The notes under the pieces: model-generated
Seen by the model: only the letters and a program-made list of their open reading frames with translations
Databases searched by the model: none
What the model was told of the DNA's origin: nothing
Assembly: GCF_025964975.1 (NCBI RefSeq)
Contig: NZ_JAOPXV010000206.1
Location: 8,020 to 72,019 of the forward strand
DNA length: 64,000 bases
DNA from: Nocardioides sp.
Lineage (GTDB): Bacteria > Actinomycetota > Actinomycetes > Propionibacteriales > Nocardioidaceae
Direction of reading: 5' to 3'
Shown: one piece after another, positions 35,958 to 44,761 of the stretch
Layout of the letters: each line of letters starts with the position of its first letter
How positions within the stretch are numbered: position 1 is the stretch's first letter
Made by a program: the position numbers and the translations under genes

Positions 35958-35990
35958 GGATGTCCTACTACCGACGATGGTAGGACATCC
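35958..35990. promoter_or_regulatory. 11-bp perfect inverted repeat GGATGTCCTAC-N11-GTAGGACATCC between marR and icmF
   Basis: Read directly. It fills most of the 58-nt gap and is AT-richer than its surroundings. Confidence 0.4.
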
Positions 35991-35992
35991 AA

Positions 35993-36517
35993 CTACCTAT
36001 GGGAAGCGGTCGGCGGGGCTGCCACGTGATCACCTGCGGCGGCTCGCACACGACCCAGGAGCTCGGTCAGGCGCAGGACGTCCTCATCGGGTATCCCGGG
36101 CTGCGCGAAGACGTGCTGGTTGAGCCCGTCCGTCGCTCGCTCCACTACTTCGCGACCGGCGTCGGTCAGCGAGGCCAGCACCACCCGCCGGTCGTGCTCG
36201 CGCCGCAAGCGCTCGACGTACCCCTGCCGGACGAGACGGTCGACGGCACTCGTCACGCTGGTCGGATGCACCTGGAGCAGGGACCCGAGCCGGGTCATCG
36301 GCATCGACCCGGACTGCACGAACGACAGCAGCCGCAGCACCTCGTAGCGCGCGAAGCTCAGGTCGAGGGGGCGCAGTACCGCGTCGATGCGCTCGGTGAG
36401 CAGCTGCTGGACGCGGGCGACCGACGTGACCATGGCCATCCCGTCGGCCGCGTCGGACCAGCCGTGACGGACCCACTGGCTGTGAGCCTCGCGGATCGGG
36501 TCTCTCTCGGTGGTCAT
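35993..36517 (-). CDS. MarR family transcriptional regulator
   Basis: 174 aa with the wHTH FARYEVLRLLSF...MTRLGSLLQVHPTSVTSAVDRLVRQGYVER. Confidence 0.9.
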   Translation of the reverse strand: MTTERDPIREAHSQWVRHGWSDAADGMAMVTSVARVQQLLTERIDAVLRPLDLSFARYEVLRLLSFVQSGSMPMTRLGSLLQVHPTSVTSAVDRLVRQGYVERLRREHDRRVVLASLTDAGREVVERATDGLNQHVFAQPGIPDEDVLRLTELLGRVRAAAGDHVAAPPTASHR

Positions 36518-36561
36518 GACGGTGAGGCTACCGGAGGGTCTGTGGACGTCCTAGCATTCGC

Positions 36562-36930
36562 TCAGCTGACGAGATCGCGGAGCTGCTGGGTGCGGAACGG
36601 CTTCGACAGCACGGCCTGCACGCCCAGGCTGTGCGCGTCGAGCGTGTGGATCCCGGACCTGCCGCTGACGACGATGACGCGCAGGCCCACGGCCCACTCC
36701 CGGTGCTCGCTCATCCACCGCAGGACGTCCTCGCCGCCCATGCGCGGCATCGTCATGTCGAGGAGCATGAAGTCGTAGCTCTCGGCCCCCAGTGCCTCCA
36801 CCGCCTCGACCCCGTCGCACGCCTTGTCGACGAAGTGTCCGAGCTGGCCGACCATCTCGCCCAGGAGGTCACGCATGTCCTCGTCGTCGTCGACCACGAG
36901 GAAGCGGAGGGGTGCTTTGGCGGAGGTCAT
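36562..36930 (-). CDS. stand-alone CheY-like response regulator receiver
   Basis: LVVDDDEDMRDLL, MLLDMTMPRMGG, VVSGRS and LSKPF. No output domain. Confidence 0.9.
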   Translation of the reverse strand: MTSAKAPLRFLVVDDDEDMRDLLGEMVGQLGHFVDKACDGVEAVEALGAESYDFMLLDMTMPRMGGEDVLRWMSEHREWAVGLRVIVVSGRSGIHTLDAHSLGVQAVLSKPFRTQQLRDLVS

Positions 36931-37083
36931 GTCCGAGACTTTCGATCACGGTGCGCGTGTGATGCAGGACCGTCACCGTACTGCGATATGTCCTTCGCCG
37001 TGGTTCGGATGGACTCCGGAGGGCCCGTGGTCTAGTCGGCCGGGCCGGGCTCATAACGCCGCGAGCACGGGGTACGAAGGTCC

Positions 37084-37269
37084 ATGAGCAATCACGACGA
37101 CGAACGACTCGAGCTCGAGGACGTGCCGGCTGAGGAAGGTGTCTCGGGAGAGGACGCACCGGAGCAGCTGGCGTCCTCCCCCGAGGAGAAGCGCAACTTC
37201 ACCGAGACGCATCCCGAGCGCGCTCGTGAGGAGCGCGCCCGGGCCGGCGAAGACACTCCCGGTCGTTGA
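37084..37269 (+). CDS. small acidic protein (61 aa)
   Basis: ATG with GAAGG upstream. Glu/Asp-rich. No homology is recognisable by eye. Confidence 0.35.
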   Translation: MSNHDDERLELEDVPAEEGVSGEDAPEQLASSPEEKRNFTETHPERAREERARAGEDTPGR

Positions 37270-37272
37270 CCT

Positions 37273-37866
37273 TCAAGGCTGGCGCGTGGAGGTGGTGTGG
37301 TCCTCTCCGTGACCGTCGTAGGACGACGACGTGCCGTCGTCCAGGCCGGACGACTGTGAGGTGTTGTCCTGGACGTCGACCGAGTCGTCGACGTCGACCG
37401 TGACGTTCTCCCTCCGCAGCTCGGTCTGGAGCTTGTACTCGTCCACCACGGTGCGCTTGCGGACGATGACGCGCTCACGCACGACGAGCCGCTTGGTGAC
37501 GACCAGCACCTCCTCGAAGACCGGGATGGAGACCGATCCGTCGTCGAGGAGCTCGACCTCTCCCGAGTCGCCTTCCTTGGCGACGATGCGCTCATTGGTG
37601 TCGACGTGCTCGACGTCGCGGGGCACGGTGTACTCGACCGGGTGGCTCTCGACCTGCTTGCGGACGTGGACCTCCCCGATCTCCTGGACCTGGGTCCCGA
37701 CCTCGAGGCGCTCCTCATGCGCGATGGTCTCGACACCACTGTCGGTGGACGTCGTGACGTCGGTGCGCTCCGCGTAGGAAGCGTCGGCGTACGACTCGTC
37801 CGTGACCGGCTCGTTGACCCGCGTCTCGTCGGCGTACGAATCGTCTCCGCGGTGCGTGCCGGACAT
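37273..37866 (-). CDS. YsnF/AvaK (DUF2382) domain stress protein
   Basis: EERLEVGTQVQEIGEVHVRKQVE... and VFEEVLVVTKRLVVRERVIVRKRTVVDEYKLQTELRRENVTVD repeats. Confidence 0.8.
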   Translation of the reverse strand: MSGTHRGDDSYADETRVNEPVTDESYADASYAERTDVTTSTDSGVETIAHEERLEVGTQVQEIGEVHVRKQVESHPVEYTVPRDVEHVDTNERIVAKEGDSGEVELLDDGSVSIPVFEEVLVVTKRLVVRERVIVRKRTVVDEYKLQTELRRENVTVDVDDSVDVQDNTSQSSGLDDGTSSSYDGHGEDHTTSTRQP

Positions 37867-38603
37867 CAGTTGCCGCCGCCGCGCACGATGCCGCCGGGCC
37901 GCTCACTGACGGCTCGTCGTGTCTCCACGACGGCGACTGAGGCGTTCGCCTGGTGGCGCTCGGCCAGCTTCCCGCCGAGCCACCCTCCGAGGAACATCAG
38001 CGCCAGGGCCGCGAGGCCGCTGAGGATGGCCGCGGTGGTCAGGGCGTCCTCGGAGAACCAGTTGGGCAGGCCCACCCGCTCGGTCGCATCGGCGATGTCG
38101 TCGCCGAACACGGTGGCGAGCAGGGCCAGGAGACCCGCCAGCAGGAGCAGCCACACCGGGTGGACCAGGCCGTGCAGGGCGCCACGGTTGCGGGCCACCC
38201 GACCGGCGACCCAGCCGCCGACCAGGCAGGAGAGGAACAGCACGACGAGGCCGGCCACGAGGCCGCCGACCGAGAGGTCGTCGCCGTCGACCCCGGACTG
38301 GTAGCCGATGGTGCCGATGGCCGCACTGAGGAGGCTGGAGAGCAGCACCAGCGTGCCCAGCGTGGCCAGCGCGCCGGCGATGGTGGCGGGGAGGTCGAAC
38401 CTGGAGCGTCCAGCGCCGACGACCTCCGCCCTGTCATCGACGCGGGCAACGAGCTCCTCGTCCGCGGGACGGGGGATCGTGCGTGACTCGTCGCCGCCCA
38501 TGGCGCTCGATCCGCCGGAGGTTCCGAGCGTGGAGCTCTCGAGGTCTTCGTGAGTTCGCCGCCCGCTGGCGCCGCGTCCCACCCCTCCGTTGACGTCAGA
38601 CAT
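37866..38603 (-). CDS. hypothetical membrane protein (Gly-rich N-terminus, four TM segments)
   Basis: 245-aa ORF. Its stop overlaps the ysnF-like start by 1 nt (TGATG). Confidence 0.65.
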   Translation of the reverse strand: MSDVNGGVGRGASGRRTHEDLESSTLGTSGGSSAMGGDESRTIPRPADEELVARVDDRAEVVGAGRSRFDLPATIAGALATLGTLVLLSSLLSAAIGTIGYQSGVDGDDLSVGGLVAGLVVLFLSCLVGGWVAGRVARNRGALHGLVHPVWLLLLAGLLALLATVFGDDIADATERVGLPNWFSEDALTTAAILSGLAALALMFLGGWLGGKLAERHQANASVAVVETRRAVSERPGGIVRGGGN

Positions 38604-38784
38604 GGTCGTCCCACCTGTCGGGTTGGTAGTGATGTGTCCCCTCTAGGTGTCCCTTGCGGCACATTCCATGCATGGAGCGGCCGCGCCGGCGCTGGACCGG
38701 GACCACACGCCGACGCGACCTATGGCCCCGCGGCATGGGGACGCAGGGCCGTACAGGCGAGTCTAGGACGCCGGGTGTCGTGAC

Positions 38785-40083
38785 CTAGAGGGACGGGGCC
38801 GCTGCTCCGGGGATGTCCAGGTGGGCCATGAAGACCGAGAAGTCGCCCTCGAGCCGCCGCGGGGACACGTGCAGGCTCACGGGCGCCTCGGAACCGTCGG
38901 CCCGGAGCACCGGCACGGTGATCCAGAGGTTGAGCAGGGCGTCGCGTCCGTTGGTGACGTGGAGCGTCGTGCCGGCGATGTGGGCCTGGTGGAACCGCTC
39001 GGGCACGACAGCAAGGATGCGTCGACCGAGGAGCTCGTCCTCACGGGAGTAGCCCAGGAACTCCACCGCGCACCGTGTCACCGCAACGATGATGCTGGTG
39101 TCGTCGGTCGCGAGGAAGGCTTCATCGCTCTCGGAGAGCTCGTGGTAGACCTGCGCCCGGGCGGTGGCGGGGTCGAGGGCCGCGCGTACGGGCGTGGTGG
39201 TGCGCCAGGGCTTCGGCTCCGCGAACTTCGCCTGTCCGGCCACCTCGCCGCACAACCACGCGCGCATCTCGGCCATCTCGGGTTGGGTCGGCGGGCTGAG
39301 GAGCTGCCCGCTCTCCGCGGCCGCCACCGCTCGGATCAGGAGGTCGTCGAGGACCTCGAAGTGCCGGACCGACTGGGCGGGGATGCGCACCACGACCCTC
39401 GGAGCGGTGACGGCAGGCTCGACCGAGCTGGCCATGAGTGCCTCGGGATCAGTGGGCAGCTGTGGCGGAGGCAGGTGCTCGTCAAGGATGCTGAGCGCGT
39501 CGCTCGCCGCAGCATGGTCGTCGAGAGCGTGGTCGTCCCGCTCGAGTGCGTAGAGCAGGTGCTCCCTCAGCAGGGTCGCGGCGTGCTCCTGCCAGGCCCA
39601 GTGCATGAGGAGCGGCATGTCGAGCAACGTCACCTCGATCCGGTCCGGTCCCGAGGCCAACGGGGGTGCGGTGGGGCTGATGACGAGTGGTCTGGAGAGG
39701 CGGCCCAGCTCGAACCAGACGACCTTGCCGCCGTTGGTGAGGTGCGAGTCCCACCGGTCGGCGTGCTCGTCCACGATCCGCAGGCCGCGTCCCGTCCCGG
39801 CCGTGTCGGTCCACGTCCGGCGGACCGGCAACCGGACACTGCCGTCCTCGACCTCGACCCTGAGCGCTGCCGGCTCTGCGGTGATCCGCAGGCTCACCAT
39901 CGTGCCGGCATGCACCACGGCGTTGGTGACGAGCTCGGAGACGACCAGCTCCGCTACGTCTCGCAGGTGGGTGGCCCCCGCGACCTCCAGGGCACGCCGG
40001 ACCGCTCGCCTTGCCTGACCCGCCGTCATCGGCTCGGCAGGAAGGCTCAGCTCCGTGGTGCCAGATCCGGACAAGCTCACCAC
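38785..40083 (-). CDS. RsbW-like HATPase (anti-sigma Ser kinase type) fused to a C-terminal PAS domain
   Basis: N-terminus AGQARRAVRRAL...ELVTNAVVHA...GTGRGLRIVDEHADRW. C-terminus FLATDDTSIIVAVTRCAVEFLGYSREDELLGRRILAVVPERF... (PAS). GTG start. Confidence 0.8.
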   Translation of the reverse strand: MVSLSGSGTTELSLPAEPMTAGQARRAVRRALEVAGATHLRDVAELVVSELVTNAVVHAGTMVSLRITAEPAALRVEVEDGSVRLPVRRTWTDTAGTGRGLRIVDEHADRWDSHLTNGGKVVWFELGRLSRPLVISPTAPPLASGPDRIEVTLLDMPLLMHWAWQEHAATLLREHLLYALERDDHALDDHAAASDALSILDEHLPPPQLPTDPEALMASSVEPAVTAPRVVVRIPAQSVRHFEVLDDLLIRAVAAAESGQLLSPPTQPEMAEMRAWLCGEVAGQAKFAEPKPWRTTTPVRAALDPATARAQVYHELSESDEAFLATDDTSIIVAVTRCAVEFLGYSREDELLGRRILAVVPERFHQAHIAGTTLHVTNGRDALLNLWITVPVLRADGSEAPVSLHVSPRRLEGDFSVFMAHLDIPGAAAPSL

Positions 40084-40140
40084 CAGGGACGTAGTTGAGG
40101 GGGGCGCGCGCTCTGCAGCGGGCGAGGTGAACCGTACCGG

Positions 40141-40161
40141 GAAACCCGATCCAGGATCGGG
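40141..40161 (-). terminator. intrinsic-terminator-like hairpin after the SGNH hydrolase gene
   Basis: CCCGATC-CAG-GATCGGG (40145-40161), followed on the minus strand by UUUC. Lies 10 nt past the stop. Confidence 0.45.
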
Positions 40162-40170
40162 AAAGGGGGA

Positions 40171-40770
40171 CTATGGACTCAGGTCAGCGGCGACGAGCAG
40201 AGCGGGTAGCAGGGCGTCCGCGATGACGGCATAGCCCGCACTGGAGGGGTGGAAACGGTCGGCGGAGAAGAGCGACGGATCTCCCGCGAAGGCGCGGGAC
40301 GCGCGCTGATCGGCGTCGGCGACGTGCCCGCCTGCCTCTACGACAGCGGCCACCTGGTGCCGGCGGAGGGACTGCCCGGCTGCTCGGACGGCGTCTCGCA
40401 GGAACGCCGGCACGTGGGGGACCGAGCTGAGGTCGGGAGCGGGTGCCACCACGACCTGCACGTCCGCCTCACGGAGCTTTCGTACGGCGTCTGCCAGGGC
40501 CTGTACGGCGTCCGCCACCGGGGCGCGGTGGGTGAGGTCGTTGGCGCCGATCACCACGACCGCGAGGTCCGGCGACCACGCCAGCGCCGCGCGGACCTGA
40601 GAGGCCAGCCCGGAGCTTCGCGCACCCGGGACGGCAAACACCCCGACGTCCACCTCGAGTCCGTGCAGCGCGAGGCCGTCTGCCAGGCGAGGGGCGAGCC
40701 GGTCCCGCGCACGGGCCGCTCCCTGCCCCCATGCGATGGAGTCCCCCAGGACTGCCAGTCGAGTCACCAT
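40171..40770 (-). CDS. SGNH/GDSL hydrolase family protein
   Basis: Blocks VLGDSIAWG, IGANDL and DRFHPS. Confidence 0.85.
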   Translation of the reverse strand: MVTRLAVLGDSIAWGQGAARARDRLAPRLADGLALHGLEVDVGVFAVPGARSSGLASQVRAALAWSPDLAVVVIGANDLTHRAPVADAVQALADAVRKLREADVQVVVAPAPDLSSVPHVPAFLRDAVRAAGQSLRRHQVAAVVEAGGHVADADQRASRAFAGDPSLFSADRFHPSSAGYAVIADALLPALLVAADLSP

Positions 40771-40819
40771 GTCTCAAGCACACCAAACAACGCCAACTCC
40801 GGCAGGTCCTCGCCCTCGG

Positions 40820-42472
40820 TCACTGGTCCTCGACGGCCGCGCCGGGCTTCCCGGCGTCGGCGTAGGACCGCACGATCGAGATGTTGAGCGGGAAGTCGAT
40901 GCTGAGCTCCCGGAACAGCAGGCTCCCGGCGGCCGTGGCCGCCTCACCAATCTGCGCGGCGCTCGCGTCGGCGAGCGCGGCCGGGGTGTGCACGACGACC
41001 TCGTCGTGGAGGAAGAAGACCAGGTGCGGGCGCGAGTCGAGGGGACCGACGTCGTGCAGGCGCCACAGCCGGTTGCGCAGGTCGGCGATCCAGCACAGCG
41101 CCCACTCGGCACCGGTGCCCTGCACGACGAAGTTGCGGGTGAACCTGCCGTACGACCTTCGTCGGCGCGCCTGGGCGTCCGGATCGGCGGGGCGTCCCTC
41201 GGCGTCGAGTCCCCAGTCCTCTCCCAGACCGGGTGATCCGCGTCCCAGGAGGGTGCGCACCACTTGGCCGCGCTCGCCTGCGCGGGCGGCCTCCTCGACC
41301 AGGCCGAAGGCCTGCGGGTAGCGGCGGGTGAGTCCGGCGACCATCCGGCCGCTCTCGCCGCTGGTGGCGCCGTACATCGCACCGAGCAGTCCCAGCTTGG
41401 CGTCGTTCCGGGTGGCGACGGCCCCGTCGTCGACCATGCCCTGGTAGAGATCGGCGCCCTGGGCCGACCGTGCCAGCGCGCGGTCGCCGCTCATGCCGGC
41501 CAGCACCCGCGGCTCGAGCTGGGCCACGTCGGCGACGACGAACACCCAGCCCTCGTCGGCCACGGCCGCGGGCCGGACCTGCACCGGGAAGGACAGGGCG
41601 CCGCCGCCGTTGGACGACCACCGCCCGGTGCTGGAGCCGGCCGGCTGGTAGGAGGGCCGGAACCGACCGCCGCTCACCCACTGGTCGGCCCAGGCCCAAC
41701 CGTTGGTCTGGAACAGGTGGGCGAGCTGCTTGTAGCGCAGCAGCGGGACGATGCCCGGGTGCTCCAGCCTGCGCAGCGTCGACGCTCGCGTGTCCGTGGC
41801 GTCCAGCCCGGCTCGCCGCAGCGCTGCCAGCAGCTCTGGTCGCGAGTCGGGGTTGAGCGCGGGTATGCCGAACGCCTGCCTCACCTCCGCGGCCAGAGCC
41901 TCGAGCCCTTGCGGCCTGGCGCCCCGCGGGGGCCGCGGCCCGAGGAGGTCGGTGAGCAACCGCTCGTGGACGTCGACGCGCCACGGGACTCCGGCGTGTG
42001 TCATCTCGGCCGCGGCCAGTGCGCCGGCGGACTCGGCCGCGAGCAGCAGGCCCAGCCTGGGAGCCTCGTTGGAGGCCGCCACGGCGGCCAGCTGGCGAGC
42101 ATCCTCACGCTCGGCGTCGAGGAACTCGACCCGGTCGTCGACGGAGAACAGTGCCGGGTCGGACGGGGCGCTGGGTCGGAGCCGGTCCCAGTGCTCGGAC
42201 TCCTCCCCTTCGAGCAGCCGCGGATCCGCGGCGGGTGCGCGCCGCACCAGGTGCCGGCCCAGCCGCAGGTCGTGGCAGCGCTCCACCCGCACACCCGCGG
42301 TCAGCAGGGACGGATACCACCGAGCGGTGTCGTCCCACACCCAGCGGGGCCTGTCGGCCTCGCGCGCCTGCACGTAGGCCGGCAAGTCGCCGGTCGCCAA
42401 CGCGAGCTCGGTGTCCCTGTCTCGGACCCGCAACCGGTCGCCCGGCAGGCGCGAGAGCGTGATGCGAGTCAT
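40820..42472 (-). CDS. stand-alone family A DNA polymerase (exonuclease-like N-terminal domain plus polymerase domain, no 5'-nuclease domain)
   Basis: ORF trimmed to MTRITLSRLPG. Motif A VADVAQLEPRVLA, motif B RNDAKLGLLGAMYGATSG and motif C FFLHDEVVV. Confidence 0.85.
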   Translation of the reverse strand: MTRITLSRLPGDRLRVRDRDTELALATGDLPAYVQAREADRPRWVWDDTARWYPSLLTAGVRVERCHDLRLGRHLVRRAPAADPRLLEGEESEHWDRLRPSAPSDPALFSVDDRVEFLDAEREDARQLAAVAASNEAPRLGLLLAAESAGALAAAEMTHAGVPWRVDVHERLLTDLLGPRPPRGARPQGLEALAAEVRQAFGIPALNPDSRPELLAALRRAGLDATDTRASTLRRLEHPGIVPLLRYKQLAHLFQTNGWAWADQWVSGGRFRPSYQPAGSSTGRWSSNGGGALSFPVQVRPAAVADEGWVFVVADVAQLEPRVLAGMSGDRALARSAQGADLYQGMVDDGAVATRNDAKLGLLGAMYGATSGESGRMVAGLTRRYPQAFGLVEEAARAGERGQVVRTLLGRGSPGLGEDWGLDAEGRPADPDAQARRRRSYGRFTRNFVVQGTGAEWALCWIADLRNRLWRLHDVGPLDSRPHLVFFLHDEVVVHTPAALADASAAQIGEAATAAGSLLFRELSIDFPLNISIVRSYADAGKPGAAVEDQ

Positions 42473-42510
42473 GCGCCCACCCTGACATCGCGCCGATTTA
42501 GGGTGGGTCC

Positions 42511-43542
42511 ATGAGGGCCGTGCGCTGGATCTACGCGATCGAGAACACCTGGGACGCCAAGCGCCAGCGCCGCGCGTCGGGGCGCACCCCGGCGAACTTC
42601 CGCATCGAGGCGTACGGCGCACACGGCACCAGCACGGCCGTAGTCGTCCGCGGCCGGGTGGTGGACGACCCGCCCCTCTCGGAGGCAGTCGACGGCGAAG
42701 GGACGTGGACTGCGGTTCGCCGTACTCTCCGCGGCTTCGTCACCGACGAGCTCCCGGGCGTGCCGTTGCGCATCGTGGTCGCCGGCACCGAGGTGCTCAC
42801 CAGTAGCGACTCCGAGGGCTACTTCCTCGTCCGGGTGGTCCCGACGGAGGTCGAGGGACAGCTGACGACCGGCACCGTGGAGCTCGCAGGTGACTACCGT
42901 GGCGTCACCGATCCGCACACCACGCCCTTCGCCGTCCACGTCCCCGGCCCGGACGCCAGGTTCGGGGTCGTCTCCGACATCGACGACACCATCCTCGAGA
43001 CAGGTGTCCAGCGGGTGGCGCGGATGGTCGTCCAGACGTTCGCCGGCTCGGCCGTGACGCGGACTGCCTTCCCGGGTGCCGTGGAGCTCTATCGCGACCT
43101 GGCCCACCACGACACCAATCCTGTCTTCTACATCTCCTCCAGCCCGTGGAACCTGTATGCCTTCGTCGTGGGCTTCCTGCGCCACCGAGGCTTCCCGAGC
43201 GGTCCCGTGCTCCTGCGTGACCTGCTCGGCAGGGCGGCCGGCGAGCGGGAGGAGAAGCACGCGCGTATCCGCGAGGTGCTGGACCTGCACCCGGACCTCG
43301 ACTTCGTCCTCATCGGTGACTCGGGCGAGAAGGACCCGGAGATCTATGCCGACATCGTCCGCGAGTATTCCGGACGCATCCTGGCCGTCTACATCCGCGA
43401 GGTCCGGCTGAACCCCGGCGACGGCCGCGTCGAGAAGATCTCGGGGGTCTGGGCCCACGAGACGCCGTTCGTGCTGGCGGCCGACAGCGACGACGTCCGG
43501 GCTCACGCCACCCAGCTGGGACTCATTCCTCGCCACTCGTAG
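42511..43542 (+). CDS. App1-family (DUF2183) phosphatase, HAD-like
   Basis: VVSDIDDTILETG, FYISSSPWNLY and IGDSGEKDPEIY. Confidence 0.8.
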   Translation: MRAVRWIYAIENTWDAKRQRRASGRTPANFRIEAYGAHGTSTAVVVRGRVVDDPPLSEAVDGEGTWTAVRRTLRGFVTDELPGVPLRIVVAGTEVLTSSDSEGYFLVRVVPTEVEGQLTTGTVELAGDYRGVTDPHTTPFAVHVPGPDARFGVVSDIDDTILETGVQRVARMVVQTFAGSAVTRTAFPGAVELYRDLAHHDTNPVFYISSSPWNLYAFVVGFLRHRGFPSGPVLLRDLLGRAAGEREEKHARIREVLDLHPDLDFVLIGDSGEKDPEIYADIVREYSGRILAVYIREVRLNPGDGRVEKISGVWAHETPFVLAADSDDVRAHATQLGLIPRHS

Positions 43543-44675
43543 GCACCGATGTCGACCCGGCCGACGAGGGGGCGGCGGACACGCGAGGCCGGATGTGCGT
43601 ACTCCCAACGAGCCCGCCAACGCGGCGGCACCGCCGCACCACGGTCGATCGCGCGTGAGCCGGCCCGGAGCCGGAAGTCGTCGCGAGCGGGGTCGACGAA
43701 GTCACCTTCGCCGAGCCGCTTGTTGGCCGTCGCACGGACGCCGTCGAGGTTGGTGAGGTCGCCGGGCCCGACGAGGAGGTTGTTGCGGAGGTCGGCCCGG
43801 CTCCCGCCGGCGACGGCGACGAAGGTGCCGCTCGGACGGCGGTTGACCAAGGTGTTGTTGACGATCCACAGTCGCCGCGAGGCGTTGGTGAGGCCTTCGG
43901 CGCCGTACGAGACCAGGGCGGAGTTCTCTGAGTTGGGTCCCTGGACGATGACGTTGCCGGCAATGAGCGAGCTGCCGCCGTTGGGGAGGTCGATGGAGTA
44001 GCTGGCGCTGGCGTCGCGGTCGGTGATCAGGTTGCCGATGATGGTGTTCCTAGCAGCCCGGGACTTGAGCTCGTGGCCCGCATCGGCCCCCCACAGGTAG
44101 CTGCCGGTGACCGTCAACGACCGCACCGCCCCGACGTAGAGGTTGTGGGTGTAGCCGTCACCGTTGCCGCTGCGGAAGAACCTCGAGTCGCTGATGACGA
44201 TGTCGCTGTCCGGGTTCGCTCCGGTGAGGATGCCGTTCTGGTTGTCGTGGAACGAGCTGCGGGTGACCGTGAGCCCGGCGCCCTCCTGGCGGATGCCGGC
44301 GCCGTTCTGGTCGGGCACGGTCGCGCCGCTGAACTCGATGCGGTCGACGACGGTGCGATCGCCGGCGATCACCCAGATGGCCTTCCCCTGGGCGTTGTTC
44401 CCGGCCGCCCTCAGGTGCGCCCGGCCACCGTCGCCGCGCAGCGTCAGGTCTTCCTGGGTCCAGGTCGCGACGTCGCCGGAGTAGGTGCCGGCGTCGATCA
44501 GCACGGTGTCCCCGTCCCCGGCCAGCGCTGCGGCCGCGCTCGGCACGGTGAGGGACCTGTCGGGGCCCACGCGCCATGTGCGCGGACCGTCATCGCCCGG
44601 CGCAGCAGCTGCGGGGGACACCCCGGCGATGGACAGGACGGCGACGGTCAGGACCGAGTTCCACAAGGCTCGCAT
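43503..44675 (-). CDS. secreted right-handed parallel beta-helix repeat protein (polysaccharide lyase-like)
   Basis: ORF trimmed to MRALWNSVLTVAVLSIAGVSPAAAAP (signal peptide). Repeated ...NQNGILT.../...GNVIV.../...NNTLV... coils. The 40-nt 3' end overlaps the App1-like gene. Confidence 0.8.
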   Translation of the reverse strand: MRALWNSVLTVAVLSIAGVSPAAAAPGDDGPRTWRVGPDRSLTVPSAAAALAGDGDTVLIDAGTYSGDVATWTQEDLTLRGDGGRAHLRAAGNNAQGKAIWVIAGDRTVVDRIEFSGATVPDQNGAGIRQEGAGLTVTRSSFHDNQNGILTGANPDSDIVISDSRFFRSGNGDGYTHNLYVGAVRSLTVTGSYLWGADAGHELKSRAARNTIIGNLITDRDASASYSIDLPNGGSSLIAGNVIVQGPNSENSALVSYGAEGLTNASRRLWIVNNTLVNRRPSGTFVAVAGGSRADLRNNLLVGPGDLTNLDGVRATANKRLGEGDFVDPARDDFRLRAGSRAIDRGAAVPPRWRARWEYAHPASRVRRPLVGRVDIGAYEWRGMSPSWVA

Positions 44676-44761
44676 CGGCCCATTGTGGAGGACCGGGGCG
44701 TAACCAACGCTCGCCGGCGCCGTTTGACCCTCAAGCCCCCGCATCTCGAAGGAAGACCCTC

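Noticed and set aside
37021-37083. tRNA-like fragments (GTGGTCTAGTCGG resembling a D-loop; CTCATAA resembling a CAT anticodon loop)
   Set aside because: I could not fold a cloverleaf. There is no complementary D-stem, no anticodon stem, no GTTCGAATC-type T-loop and no acceptor pairing on either strand.
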